A stretch of 64,000 nucleotides of DNA. Origin: an uncultured virus (IMG/VR IMGVR_UViG_3300036770_001202) (lineage: Duplodnaviria > Heunggongvirae > Uroviricota > Caudoviricetes). The stretch lies in IMG/VR virus record IMGVR_UViG_3300036770_001202. The stretch is one strand, 5' to 3'. Of the stretch, positions 10,019 through 19,631 are shown one piece after another. The first letter of the stretch is position 1, and each line of letters begins with the position of its first letter. Under the pieces are notes generated by a model that had not been told where the DNA came from, made no database searches, and saw only the letters and a program-made list of their open reading frames with translations. Made by a program: the position numbers and the translations under genes.

Positions 10019-11788
10019 ATGACAATAAATCAAGTTCAATTGTCTAATACCTTCAATGAGTTTAGACAGACAGTAAATAACATCAGTAACACGCTGAATG
10101 CGTTTACTGATACACCAGCAGGTCCCGGTGAGTATTCGACACAATCAGTTCACGCAGATGGATTATTTTCTAATACTTTAAATATTAGTACCCTAACAAA
10201 CGGTCGAGTTGCTCTTGTTGGTGCAAGTGGATTAATTACCGATGATTCGGGAATTTCTTATAATTCCAGCACAGACAGACTTACAGTAACTAATTTAACC
10301 GCAACAACTCAGGCGAATTTGAATTCTGTCAGAATTGAAGGCTCAACAACTGTTACGGCGACTACTACCTTCGGTTCTGGTGCAAACACTACAGTAATTC
10401 ATGCGGCAAACGGTAACCTACACACTACAGACAGAATTGATGCCTATCACGTTCACGCAAGCGAACATTTAGCCGCTGGTGGTGACGTAGAAAACTGGGC
10501 TACGGATCGTGGTGATAATGCGGAAACCCACAAAGTTGCTGCGATTGCAAATACCAATGCTGCGGTTGACATGCTGATTGTCAATAAGAGCGAAGGTGAT
10601 GGCGCATACGCAGAATTCATTGCAATTCACGCAACAGGTAACACCACAGACGGTTGGACTTCATTCGGTATCAACTCATCAAACTATGCTGAAGGTGCTT
10701 ATGGCGTCACAAAAGCAGATGATGCATACATTCTTTATCAAGCACCTGCTAATACAGTTCATTCAGGCGACCTAGTCATTGGTACTGGTTCAAATGGTAC
10801 TGGAAACAAAATTATCTTCTCCGCTAACGGTTTTGACGATCCAGCAAACAACACACAGTTGGTTATCAATCCTGGATTAAATGTTCACGTTGAAATCGAT
10901 ACTGAATCTTCAAACACCACAACAGGTGCGCTGACAGTTAACGGCGGTATTGGTCTAGTTGGTAACTTGAACGTTGGTGGTAACGTATCGATTACAGGTA
11001 CAATTACTCTTGGTGGTGGCGGTAACACCGTTTCGACAGACTCACTTGCAGTTGACAACCCAATCATCTATCTTGGCGCAAACAATGCAGCAGACGTTCT
11101 TGACTTAGGTGTTGTTGGTACATACAATGATGGCACAGAAAAATATGTTGGTCTTGTTCGTGATGCAACCGATGGCGTTATTAAGTTCTTTGCAAATACA
11201 TCGACACAGCCAACAACTACTGTTAACTTCTCAGATTCGAACCTAGTTTATCCATCACTTAAGGCTGGTGCATTAGAACTAACAGACACCACAGCATCGT
11301 CAAGCAAGACAACAGGTGCATTGATAGTTGCTGGTGGTCTTGGTGTTGCTGGCGCAGTCTACGCAAACACAATCAACGTAAACACTGGCGCAACAGTTGA
11401 TGAATTCTCAACAGACGGAACTCTCGCTGGCTCCTCAAATACTGCAATTCCTACCGAATATGCGGTTAAGTATTATGTTGATAATTATGCGGTTTCAGAA
11501 ACTTGGACCACAGCAAATACAACACTTACTGCTACAACAAACGATGCCATTTTTGCTGATACATCAAGCGCAGCATTCACGATCAATCTTCCTGCATCTC
11601 CTTCTTTAGGAGACGGTGTTCGAATTGTTGACGTTGCAGGAACGTTTGCCGCAAGAAACGTAACAGTAGGAAGAGCAAATACTAGCCATAAGATCATGGG
11701 AGCCACAACAGACGTTGCGCTAAATATCAATAACGCATCAGTAAAATTTGTCTGGTCTGGAGCAACATACGGCTGGCGCTTAGTTTAA
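10019..11788 (+). CDS. Tail fibre/baseplate-associated structural protein
   Basis: Thr/Gly/Asn-rich. Repeated S.TTGAL.V.GG.G motif. C-terminal INLPASPSLGD..RIVD...GWRLV domain resembles gp9/gp10-like modules. Confidence 0.7.
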   Translation: MTINQVQLSNTFNEFRQTVNNISNTLNAFTDTPAGPGEYSTQSVHADGLFSNTLNISTLTNGRVALVGASGLITDDSGISYNSSTDRLTVTNLTATTQANLNSVRIEGSTTVTATTTFGSGANTTVIHAANGNLHTTDRIDAYHVHASEHLAAGGDVENWATDRGDNAETHKVAAIANTNAAVDMLIVNKSEGDGAYAEFIAIHATGNTTDGWTSFGINSSNYAEGAYGVTKADDAYILYQAPANTVHSGDLVIGTGSNGTGNKIIFSANGFDDPANNTQLVINPGLNVHVEIDTESSNTTTGALTVNGGIGLVGNLNVGGNVSITGTITLGGGGNTVSTDSLAVDNPIIYLGANNAADVLDLGVVGTYNDGTEKYVGLVRDATDGVIKFFANTSTQPTTTVNFSDSNLVYPSLKAGALELTDTTASSSKTTGALIVAGGLGVAGAVYANTINVNTGATVDEFSTDGTLAGSSNTAIPTEYAVKYYVDNYAVSETWTTANTTLTATTNDAIFADTSSAAFTINLPASPSLGDGVRIVDVAGTFAARNVTVGRANTSHKIMGATTDVALNINNASVKFVWSGATYGWRLV

Positions 11789-11815
11789 TCTAAAGGCTAA
11801 AGGAGCATTTTAAAA

Positions 11816-13345
11816 ATGACAACAACACTTAATACATTACTAGGAAATAACGCACCACTTTATAATGGTATTTTTCCTGAACGCCCTGTTTGGGGATATA
11901 TTTCTACCACCAATGGTTCGCAACCATCATCAACAAACCATTTCTTTACTTCATTCTCCAAAAACCCATGGACGCCAATGACAGTAACATATGGTTCAGG
12001 TTCTTCACAGGCTAACGTTCTTAGAACTGTTCCTGAAGGTTCTAACGAAGCAATGACTTCAGGTTATTATTTTGCAGGAAGTTCTGGCACACAAGTTTCA
12101 AGTGAGAGTTTCTCTCCACAATCAGGCTATGTTGGATGCCCACAAAGTTACAATACAGGTTGCGGAGCATTTTTCAGAGCATTTGATAACGGTTCCTTTA
12201 ACTTTACATATACCGAAAACTTCAACTATGCACCAGTTCATAGTGGAATTATTGTAGGTGAGCGTAGATTCAATCAAACTTATGATTTGATCGCATATCA
12301 AGGTAAGATTATGAAGATGCCTATCGGTATGAATAACGCATATATTACATCACCATCAGTCAATCCTGAGTTTTTCTTCAGCGGATCGAACATGTATACT
12401 GGTTCTCAGTATAGTTCTCCATCTGGTGTGAGCAAAGGTTATGGTGCGGCTACATTAGAGACAACAACTACAACTGCAAACAATTCAAGTTATTTTAGAA
12501 ACTATGGTATGATCTGCCACAACAGAAATACCAACAAACTTGCTTATCTTGAATCTTCATCCACAACAGGCACATGGAGACTGCATATCGTTGATTTGCA
12601 GAATCAGATTTCTCAAAATACCACAACACTTGAAGTTAAAACTTGGATTGAGAGTGCTGTAGCCGCAGGGTCTTCGCGATACAACTATTATGATATTTCG
12701 TTACCTTCTTGGAGTCAGGCACAGACTGTTCAATCATCACAAATGATGAAAGTTATTTTGTGTGATGATAATACTATGTGGATTAGCGGATGGGACAAAA
12801 ATGATTCGTCAAGCGGTGGAACAATGAGACTTTATAAGTGTACCGATACTTCAACTTATGCAACATGGACCTCCGTTTCAACATCTTCAACTACCACTTC
12901 ATATAATATTGCTCAAGGTTACAACTATGGTATTCGTCATATGAACTCTGACGATAACTCTAGAATCTTCATCTACGCACCATACTACTACTATATGTCC
13001 GGTCTCGTTGGATTTATTGTAAGTACCGAGTCTGCAAATGCTTCAGGTGATGATGTTAGATGGAGAAAGTATGAAGACCAAGCGTCAGGTGCTGGCTCTA
13101 GAGCGGTTGTTCCAACAGGAAATGGAGACTTTTTGGTAGGACAACTTTCTCAGAACCAAGACGGTGGTTCTGGCGCAGCAGGTATGTATTTGAATTGCTC
13201 TGGTAGAATGTTTGGTGATACAATTTCTTCAACATCTTTGATTTGGAGATATTTCCCAACAATTGGTCAGTCCACATCATATCAGAGTTGGTTCCCTATG
13301 AAGATTCAACCTACGATTGAATTTAAGCCAAGTTGGGAGGAATAA
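11816..13345 (+). CDS. Putative virion/receptor-binding protein, paralogue A
   Basis: Ser/Gly/Tyr-rich; collinear homology with 13595-15145; located in the tail module. Confidence 0.55.
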   Translation: MTTTLNTLLGNNAPLYNGIFPERPVWGYISTTNGSQPSSTNHFFTSFSKNPWTPMTVTYGSGSSQANVLRTVPEGSNEAMTSGYYFAGSSGTQVSSESFSPQSGYVGCPQSYNTGCGAFFRAFDNGSFNFTYTENFNYAPVHSGIIVGERRFNQTYDLIAYQGKIMKMPIGMNNAYITSPSVNPEFFFSGSNMYTGSQYSSPSGVSKGYGAATLETTTTTANNSSYFRNYGMICHNRNTNKLAYLESSSTTGTWRLHIVDLQNQISQNTTTLEVKTWIESAVAAGSSRYNYYDISLPSWSQAQTVQSSQMMKVILCDDNTMWISGWDKNDSSSGGTMRLYKCTDTSTYATWTSVSTSSTTTSYNIAQGYNYGIRHMNSDDNSRIFIYAPYYYYMSGLVGFIVSTESANASGDDVRWRKYEDQASGAGSRAVVPTGNGDFLVGQLSQNQDGGSGAAGMYLNCSGRMFGDTISSTSLIWRYFPTIGQSTSYQSWFPMKIQPTIEFKPSWEE

Positions 13346-13348
13346 AAA

Positions 13349-13591
13349 ATGGCATTATTTGCAAATTTTGACGAAACTGGTAAATGCGTAGCAGTAGGTG
13401 AAGGTTGTGTAGACGCACAACTTCCAGAACAATTCACAGGAACATTTGCGCCAAGATATCGTCTAGAAGAAGGTCAAGTGATTGATCTTTTTTCTGGATT
13501 GACTGACGAACAAGCAGAACAGCAATGGTTAGCATCTCTTCCTCCTCCTGCGGTAGTAGAAGAAACCGTATCTGAAACAGAAGGGGAATAA
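13349..13591 (+). CDS. Small acidic protein, possible fibre chaperone/adaptor
   Basis: Has an SD (ggagg) and sits between the two paralogues. Confidence 0.5.
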   Translation: MALFANFDETGKCVAVGEGCVDAQLPEQFTGTFAPRYRLEEGQVIDLFSGLTDEQAEQQWLASLPPPAVVEETVSETEGE

Positions 13592-13594
13592 TAA

Positions 13595-15145
13595 ATGTCA
13601 ATTTCACTAGACACAGTTACAACAAATACGACAGGTGGTTATCTAGGTCACTATCCTGCTCGTCCAGTATGGGGATACGTTGCGACTACAAACGGATCGG
13701 GCCCATCATCAACAAATCATTTTTATCTAACGTTTTCTGCAAAGAACCCTACGGTTCCGATGACATGCGATTATGGTCACGGCAGTTCACAAGGAAACGT
13801 TGGTGCACCTAGAGCATTTACCGCTGATGAACCATCGGTATCTCAATATGTTGCGGCAAGCACATCTCAAACATCATCCGAAAGTTGGTCTCCATCATCG
13901 GCCTATGTTGGATCACCATATGTGCATCAAACTGGTTCTTACTTAAATTTTGATGCGTTTGACAATGGTCATTTTTATTTTGGTAATAGAGCAGGCTCAA
14001 CCAACACAAATAAGCAATTTAGTGGAATTGTAATTGGCGAAGCAAGATGGAATCAGACGTATGACTTGATTGCATATAATGGTAAAATTTTTAAACGCCC
14101 TATTAAATCAATGGTGTCTAGCACAAACTGGCAATCATCATCGATTGATCAAGATTTCTTTTTTGTAAGTCAGCAGATGTGGTCAGGTTCTCAGTATGGT
14201 TCTCCTTCAGGTCAATCATTAGGATTAGGATATGCAACACCAGGAGTAACTACCAACACCGACACATCGAACAACAGTTCTGCGTATAGAAATTACGGCA
14301 TGATTTGCCATAATAGAAATACTGGTAAGATTGCTTATCTAGAGAATCGTAGTAATACAACAGCATCATTCAGACTACATCTTATCGATCTTCAGATGAA
14401 GATTAGCAAAGCAACAAAAACTAGCGAAATTTTTGATGCGTGGGATGCAGCAGTTGACGCAGGTGGTTCACGATATTCATATCATGACTTCACGCTACCA
14501 TCATGGAGTAACGGTTATACTACCGATTTTTGCTCTCAGCAGATTAAAGTAATTCTATGCGATGATGATTCTATGTGGCTTGTTGGTTGGGACCACAGCA
14601 ATGGTTCAAGCGGCACACTTAGACTGTATCGCAATACTACTGCTGGAGTTTACACATCATGGACTCAAGTTTCAACTATCAGCACCACAACATCTTATAA
14701 CGGCAGTAGCGGTCAGCAATATGGTATCTCTCACTTCAACTCGGATGATAACTCTAGAGTTGCGGTATTTGTTCCATATTACTACTATCATGGTGGACTT
14801 TGCAGTTTTGTTCTAGATACTGCTTCATCAACTCCAAGCGGAACTGGTAACGAAGACGTTCATTGGATGCAGATTACCAATCAGGATTCCACCGGTGGAT
14901 ATTTCATTATTCCTGCTGGCGGCGCAAACTTTGTTTATCATAGAAACTATCAAAACGCAGACGGTGGGGCTGGAGCACAGTTTAGAATTGTGAATACAAG
15001 AATTATGAGAGGACAAACTGTATCTTGGGGTTCGGATATGAATTATTATCCAACGATTAGTCAGTCCACATCATATCACTCATGGGTTCCCATTAAAGTT
15101 CAACCAACCTTAGAGTTTAAACCAGACGATGAGCCTTGGACGTAA
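13595..15145 (+). CDS. Putative virion/receptor-binding protein, paralogue B
   Basis: Shares RPVWGY..TTNGS.PSSTNHF, RNYGMICHNRNT and KVILCDD with paralogue A. Confidence 0.55.
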   Translation: MSISLDTVTTNTTGGYLGHYPARPVWGYVATTNGSGPSSTNHFYLTFSAKNPTVPMTCDYGHGSSQGNVGAPRAFTADEPSVSQYVAASTSQTSSESWSPSSAYVGSPYVHQTGSYLNFDAFDNGHFYFGNRAGSTNTNKQFSGIVIGEARWNQTYDLIAYNGKIFKRPIKSMVSSTNWQSSSIDQDFFFVSQQMWSGSQYGSPSGQSLGLGYATPGVTTNTDTSNNSSAYRNYGMICHNRNTGKIAYLENRSNTTASFRLHLIDLQMKISKATKTSEIFDAWDAAVDAGGSRYSYHDFTLPSWSNGYTTDFCSQQIKVILCDDDSMWLVGWDHSNGSSGTLRLYRNTTAGVYTSWTQVSTISTTTSYNGSSGQQYGISHFNSDDNSRVAVFVPYYYYHGGLCSFVLDTASSTPSGTGNEDVHWMQITNQDSTGGYFIIPAGGANFVYHRNYQNADGGAGAQFRIVNTRIMRGQTVSWGSDMNYYPTISQSTSYHSWVPIKVQPTLEFKPDDEPWT

Positions 15146-15168
15146 TCAATAAAAGGTATCATTTGATG

Positions 15169-15202
15169 AAAAACCCACCCACTCGGTGGGTTTTTTGTTT
15201 TT
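15169..15202 (+). terminator. Rho-independent terminator
   Basis: AAAAACCCACC-cactc-GGTGGGTTTTT followed by a T tract. Confidence 0.9.
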
Positions 15203-15210
15203 CTAAGAAT

Positions 15211-15218
15211 TATAAATA
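15211..15218 (+). promoter_or_regulatory. T4-type late promoter
   Basis: TATAAATA upstream of gp13. Confidence 0.9.
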
Positions 15219-15246
15219 GAGGTGTTAAAAATAAAGGACTCACCTC

Positions 15247-15990
15247 ATGGCAAAACCAGCATCAAGAGAAGAATTCATTGAATACTGCCTACGCAAGTTA
15301 GGCAAGCCAGTTCTCGAAATCAACGTAGATAATGATCAGGTTGAAGATAGAGTGGACGAAGCACTCGCGTATTATCACGACTATCATTTTGATGGCGCAC
15401 AAAAGATTTACTTAGCACATCAAATTACCGAACAGGATCAGACTAACAAATACATTACCATACCTGAGAACATCATTGGTGTGATCAACATTTTTGACGT
15501 TGGTGATTCTTATTCTACGAACAATCTTTTCAATCTAAGATATCAAATTTCTCTGAATGATCTTTATGCATTCAGTTCAACTCGCTATGCACCATACTAC
15601 ATGGCGTTTCAGAATATTGCACTCGCCGAAGAACTATTTGTTGGTAAACAATCGCTAAGATATAATCGTCATGTAAACAAACTTTATATTGACATGGCTT
15701 GGTCAGAGAAAACCACAGTCGGAGAATATATCATTGTTGAAGCATATGAAGCAGTTGATCCTGACACATATTCTGACGTATGGAAAGACCGCTGGCTGCA
15801 AAACTACGCAACTCAATTGATCAAAAGACAATGGGGCGACAATCTTAAGAAATTCGAAGGCATGACAATGCCAGGAGGAGTCACATTTAACGGACAGAAA
15901 ATTTGGGACGAAGCAAATGAAGAAATCACCAAATTAGAAGCAGAGATGATTAGCACATTCTCGCTTCCCGTTTCAGATATGGTTGGCTAA
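15247..15990 (+). CDS. gp13: Neck protein gp13
   Basis: YCLRKLGKPVLEINV and LIKRQWGDNLKKFEG..MPGGVTFNG. Confidence 0.95.
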   Translation: MAKPASREEFIEYCLRKLGKPVLEINVDNDQVEDRVDEALAYYHDYHFDGAQKIYLAHQITEQDQTNKYITIPENIIGVINIFDVGDSYSTNNLFNLRYQISLNDLYAFSSTRYAPYYMAFQNIALAEELFVGKQSLRYNRHVNKLYIDMAWSEKTTVGEYIIVEAYEAVDPDTYSDVWKDRWLQNYATQLIKRQWGDNLKKFEGMTMPGGVTFNGQKIWDEANEEITKLEAEMISTFSLPVSDMVG

Positions 15991-15996
15991 ACTCAT

Positions 15997-16812
15997 ATGG
16001 CAAGAAATCGTTATTTCAATCAGTATAACACAAATACTGAACAAAATGTCCTAGAAGACTTAATTATTGAATCCATCAAGACGTATGGCATTCAAGCATA
16101 TTATGTGCCTAGAACATATCCTAATTTAGACAGGCTGTATGGCGAAGACCCATCGTCAGTATTTGATGATGCAATTGAAATGGAACTATTCATTAAGAGT
16201 TTTGATGGATTTCAAGGTCAAGAAGATTTTATTTCAAAGTTTGGTCTACAGATTGACGAATCAATCACATTTGTTGTAGCGCAAAAACGTTTCAATCAAT
16301 CGCTTAAAACTTCATTGTTGACTGAGTATGGATACAACTTTTTAAATGAAGATGGCGAACAACTTCTTTATGACGTATCTGATGCATGGGATTATGAATC
16401 AATCATTCGTCCTCGCGAAGGTGATTTGGTTTGGGTTCCAATGATGCAATACATGTATGAAATACGTTTCACGGAAAACATTGAAAACTTCTTTCAATTG
16501 GGTAAACTCTATACCTACGAATTGCGCTGTGATCGTTTTGAATACTCCAGCGAACAAATTAACACAGATGTTACTGAGATTGATTCAATCGAAGATCAAT
16601 ATAGTCTTTCAACTGCAAATCTTGAAAAGTCTCTTCTTGAAGACGGAGACTTTATGTTGAACGAAGACGGCACATATTTTGTCAACGAAGGCGAATCTGT
16701 CATTACATATGACGTAACCGCAGACAATGATTTAATTGGTGAAAAAGTTATTGATGGTGATGTTATAGACTTTACCGAAATAAATCCGTTTGCTCTTACA
16801 AGGACTTATTAA
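15997..16812 (+). CDS. gp14: Neck protein gp14
   Basis: SKFGLQI, RPREGDLV and FFQLGKLYTYELRC; synteny. Confidence 0.93.
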   Translation: MARNRYFNQYNTNTEQNVLEDLIIESIKTYGIQAYYVPRTYPNLDRLYGEDPSSVFDDAIEMELFIKSFDGFQGQEDFISKFGLQIDESITFVVAQKRFNQSLKTSLLTEYGYNFLNEDGEQLLYDVSDAWDYESIIRPREGDLVWVPMMQYMYEIRFTENIENFFQLGKLYTYELRCDRFEYSSEQINTDVTEIDSIEDQYSLSTANLEKSLLEDGDFMLNEDGTYFVNEGESVITYDVTADNDLIGEKVIDGDVIDFTEINPFALTRTY

Positions 16813-16814
16813 TC

Positions 16815-17552
16815 ATGATGTTCGGACACGATTTTTATCACGGAACACTTAGACGTTTTGTAATTATGTTTGGTAATCTCTTTAATGAGATTCAAGTCGA
16901 ACGCTATGATCTAAACGGCAATACAATTCAGACAATCAATGTTCCTATTGAATATGGACCAAAGCAGAAATTCATTCAGAGAATTACTGGAGACCCAACT
17001 CTAAACAGAGAAATTGCAGTTACAAATCCTAGACTTGGATTCGAATTCATGTCAATGACATACGCACCTTCACGAAAGTTGAATACTGCACACAAGTTTG
17101 TCAAAGGACAAAACGTGGGAGGTAACGATTTTAACTTTACCTATGCTCCTGTTCCATATGACATGCAGTTTCAGTTAAATGCTTTTGTCAAGAATGCTGA
17201 AGACGGCACACAAATTGTAGAGCAAATTGTTCCATTCTTTACGCCAGATTGGACTGTCACTATGAAAGTTCTTCCTGAATTGGGAATTAACATGGACATT
17301 CCTATCGAATTAACTAGCGTAACTTCAGAAGATACTTGGGAAGGCGATTTTGATAGTAGAAGAGTTCTAACTTGGCAATTTGATTTTACTGTCAAGGGAT
17401 ATCTATTTGGACCTCTACAGAAATACAAATACATTGATAGAGCAGACGTTCGCACTCGCATTGAAGAAGCAATTATTAACACTCAAACGTTTGAGGGTGA
17501 TGCATCATTTAATGTTACCGAGACAATTACTGAGAATGGACATTTACTATGA
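16815..17552 (+). CDS. gp15: Tail sheath stabiliser/terminator gp15
   Basis: FGNLFN, VPIEYGPKQKF, PVPYD and QIVEQIVPFFTP. Confidence 0.93.
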   Translation: MMFGHDFYHGTLRRFVIMFGNLFNEIQVERYDLNGNTIQTINVPIEYGPKQKFIQRITGDPTLNREIAVTNPRLGFEFMSMTYAPSRKLNTAHKFVKGQNVGGNDFNFTYAPVPYDMQFQLNAFVKNAEDGTQIVEQIVPFFTPDWTVTMKVLPELGINMDIPIELTSVTSEDTWEGDFDSRRVLTWQFDFTVKGYLFGPLQKYKYIDRADVRTRIEEAIINTQTFEGDASFNVTETITENGHLL

Positions 17553-17950
17553 AAAAAACAGTAGACGAAAAACTCAATGACATTTTTGATATTGTTCCAA
17601 CTCAAGAAGTTGTAACTAGTCCTGTTACAGTTGTAACTGAAAATGCTACAGTTGAAGATGACTATGAATATGCAAGAAAGAATTTACGCACTCTTATAGA
17701 CAATGGCAAAGACGTTATGGAGAATCTTACTTTTCTAGCAAAGGAAGGTGAATCTCCAAGAGCATATGAGGTGGTTGGTCAACTAATTAAGACTTTAGCA
17801 GATACAAACAAAGATTTATTGAATCTTGCAAAGCAAAAGAAAGACATTCAACAAAAGAAAGACGAAGAAACACAAAGTCCAACCCATGTAACGAATGCGC
17901 TATTCGTTGGAAGCACAGCAGAATTACAAAAGTTGATATCTAAAAGATGA
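17549..17950 (+). CDS. gp16: Terminase small subunit gp16
   Basis: DDYEYAR, ESPRAYEV and NALFVGSTAELQK. Confidence 0.95.
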   Translation: MKKTVDEKLNDIFDIVPTQEVVTSPVTVVTENATVEDDYEYARKNLRTLIDNGKDVMENLTFLAKEGESPRAYEVVGQLIKTLADTNKDLLNLAKQKKDIQQKKDEETQSPTHVTNALFVGSTAELQKLISKR

Positions 17951-19578
17951 GTGTAAAACAATATCTAGGTAATGCAAATCTAAAGGCTGCTGGAGTACCA
18001 CTTAATTTTACAAAAGATCAGATTGAAGAATATCTAAAATGCGCTAGTGATCCGATATACTTCATCGAAACCTATTGTAAGATTGTTACTCTAGACCATG
18101 GTTTGCAGCCGTTCAAATTATACGAATGTCAGAAAAAGAAAGTCGGCATAATCCACGAGAATCGCAAAGTGATTCTGATGGAGGGTCGCCAACAGGGGAA
18201 GACTACCACCTCTGCTGCATATATTCTTTGGTATACCCTTTTCCAGGAAAGCAAGACAGTTGCGATTCTTGCAAACAAGGCTACAGCAGCGCGAGAAGTT
18301 CTTTATCGTTATCAGTTGATGTATGAAAACCTTCCTGTTTGGCTGCAACAAGGCGTGACAACATGGAACAAAGGTGACATTGCACTTGAAAATGGATCAA
18401 TTGTCTTCACCGCAGCAACAAGCGCATCAGGTATTCGTGGTAAGTCAGTAAACTTGCTCTATGTTGACGAAGCAGCAATTATTCCTAACACAGTCGCAGA
18501 ACAATTCTTCACCTCTGTTTATCCTACAATCTCTGCTGGTGAAACCACAAAGATTTTGCTATCGTCTACGCCGCTTGGATACAATCATTTCTGGAAGTTC
18601 TGGAACGAAGCAGAACAAAATCTGAATGGATTTGTACCATTGTTCATTCCATACTGGGAAATTCCTGGTCGTGACGAAAAATGGGCTGAAGAACAACGCA
18701 GACTTCTTGGTGAACTCAAATTCAATCAAGAAGTATTGTGCAAATTCTTGGGTTCAAGTCTCACGCTCATTGCAGCAGACACTATTGCACAAATGTCACC
18801 AGTTCCTACAGTTTATAGCAAAGATGGACTTGACATTTATGAAACTGCACAGAAAAATCACACTTATGTAATGGTAGCAGACACCGCTAAAGGTGTTGGT
18901 GGTGACTATTCAGCATTTCAAATTATTGATGTGACACAAATGCCATACAAACTTGTCGGAAAATACAAAGACAATTCAATAAGTCCTTTGTTATATCCTT
19001 CAGTTATATACAAAGTTGCTAAAGAATTCAACGAAGCATATGTTCTTGTAGAAATAAACACTTCAGAACAAGTTGCAGAAATTTTATATAGTGAATATGA
19101 ATATGAAAATATCATATCGGTGAATAGAACGACCTCCGGACAAGCAGTAACAGGTGGCTTTGGAGGTGGAAAGACTCAGTTGGGTGTAATTACCGATAAA
19201 AAAGTGAAGAGAATCGGATGCTCTAACTTCAAGTCTATGGTAGAAGAAAAGAAATTATTGATACATGATGCAGATACAATCTCAGAAATATCTACCTTTA
19301 TTCAAAGAAGAAACACATACATGGCTGATGACGGTTATCATGACGATTTGGTGATGCCCTTGGTACTTTTTTCTTGGCTGACAACAAATTCATACTTCAA
19401 AGAATTAACAAACATTAATCTTAGAAAAGAGTTGTATGAAAATCGAATCAAAATGATTGAGGAAGAAGTGTCTCCCTTTGGTTTTATAAATACTGGTGAT
19501 GACGAAGATGATCACAAAATCATCGATGACACAGGGCAAGTTTGGTATGAGGAAAGGTATAAATCTGATTTTTTATAA
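17947..19578 (+). CDS. gp17: Terminase large subunit gp17
   Basis: Walker A RQQGKT, Walker B YVDEAA, and nuclease motif GYHDDLVM. Confidence 0.97.
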   Translation: MSVKQYLGNANLKAAGVPLNFTKDQIEEYLKCASDPIYFIETYCKIVTLDHGLQPFKLYECQKKKVGIIHENRKVILMEGRQQGKTTTSAAYILWYTLFQESKTVAILANKATAAREVLYRYQLMYENLPVWLQQGVTTWNKGDIALENGSIVFTAATSASGIRGKSVNLLYVDEAAIIPNTVAEQFFTSVYPTISAGETTKILLSSTPLGYNHFWKFWNEAEQNLNGFVPLFIPYWEIPGRDEKWAEEQRRLLGELKFNQEVLCKFLGSSLTLIAADTIAQMSPVPTVYSKDGLDIYETAQKNHTYVMVADTAKGVGGDYSAFQIIDVTQMPYKLVGKYKDNSISPLLYPSVIYKVAKEFNEAYVLVEINTSEQVAEILYSEYEYENIISVNRTTSGQAVTGGFGGGKTQLGVITDKKVKRIGCSNFKSMVEEKKLLIHDADTISEISTFIQRRNTYMADDGYHDDLVMPLVLFSWLTTNSYFKELTNINLRKELYENRIKMIEEEVSPFGFINTGDDEDDHKIIDDTGQVWYEERYKSDFL

Positions 19579-19581
19579 ATA
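19574..19581 (+). promoter_or_regulatory. T4-type late promoter (second copy at 19485-19492)
   Basis: TATAAATA upstream of gp18. Confidence 0.85.
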
Positions 19582-19631
19582 AAATGAAAATAACCGTATC
19601 AAACACATCATTATAAAACAAGGAGAAATCA

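Noticed and set aside
13250..15125. Possible DGR template/variable repeat pair at the 3' ends of the paralogues
   Set aside because: Differences are not adenine-specific, both copies are coding, and no reverse transcriptase is present in the window.
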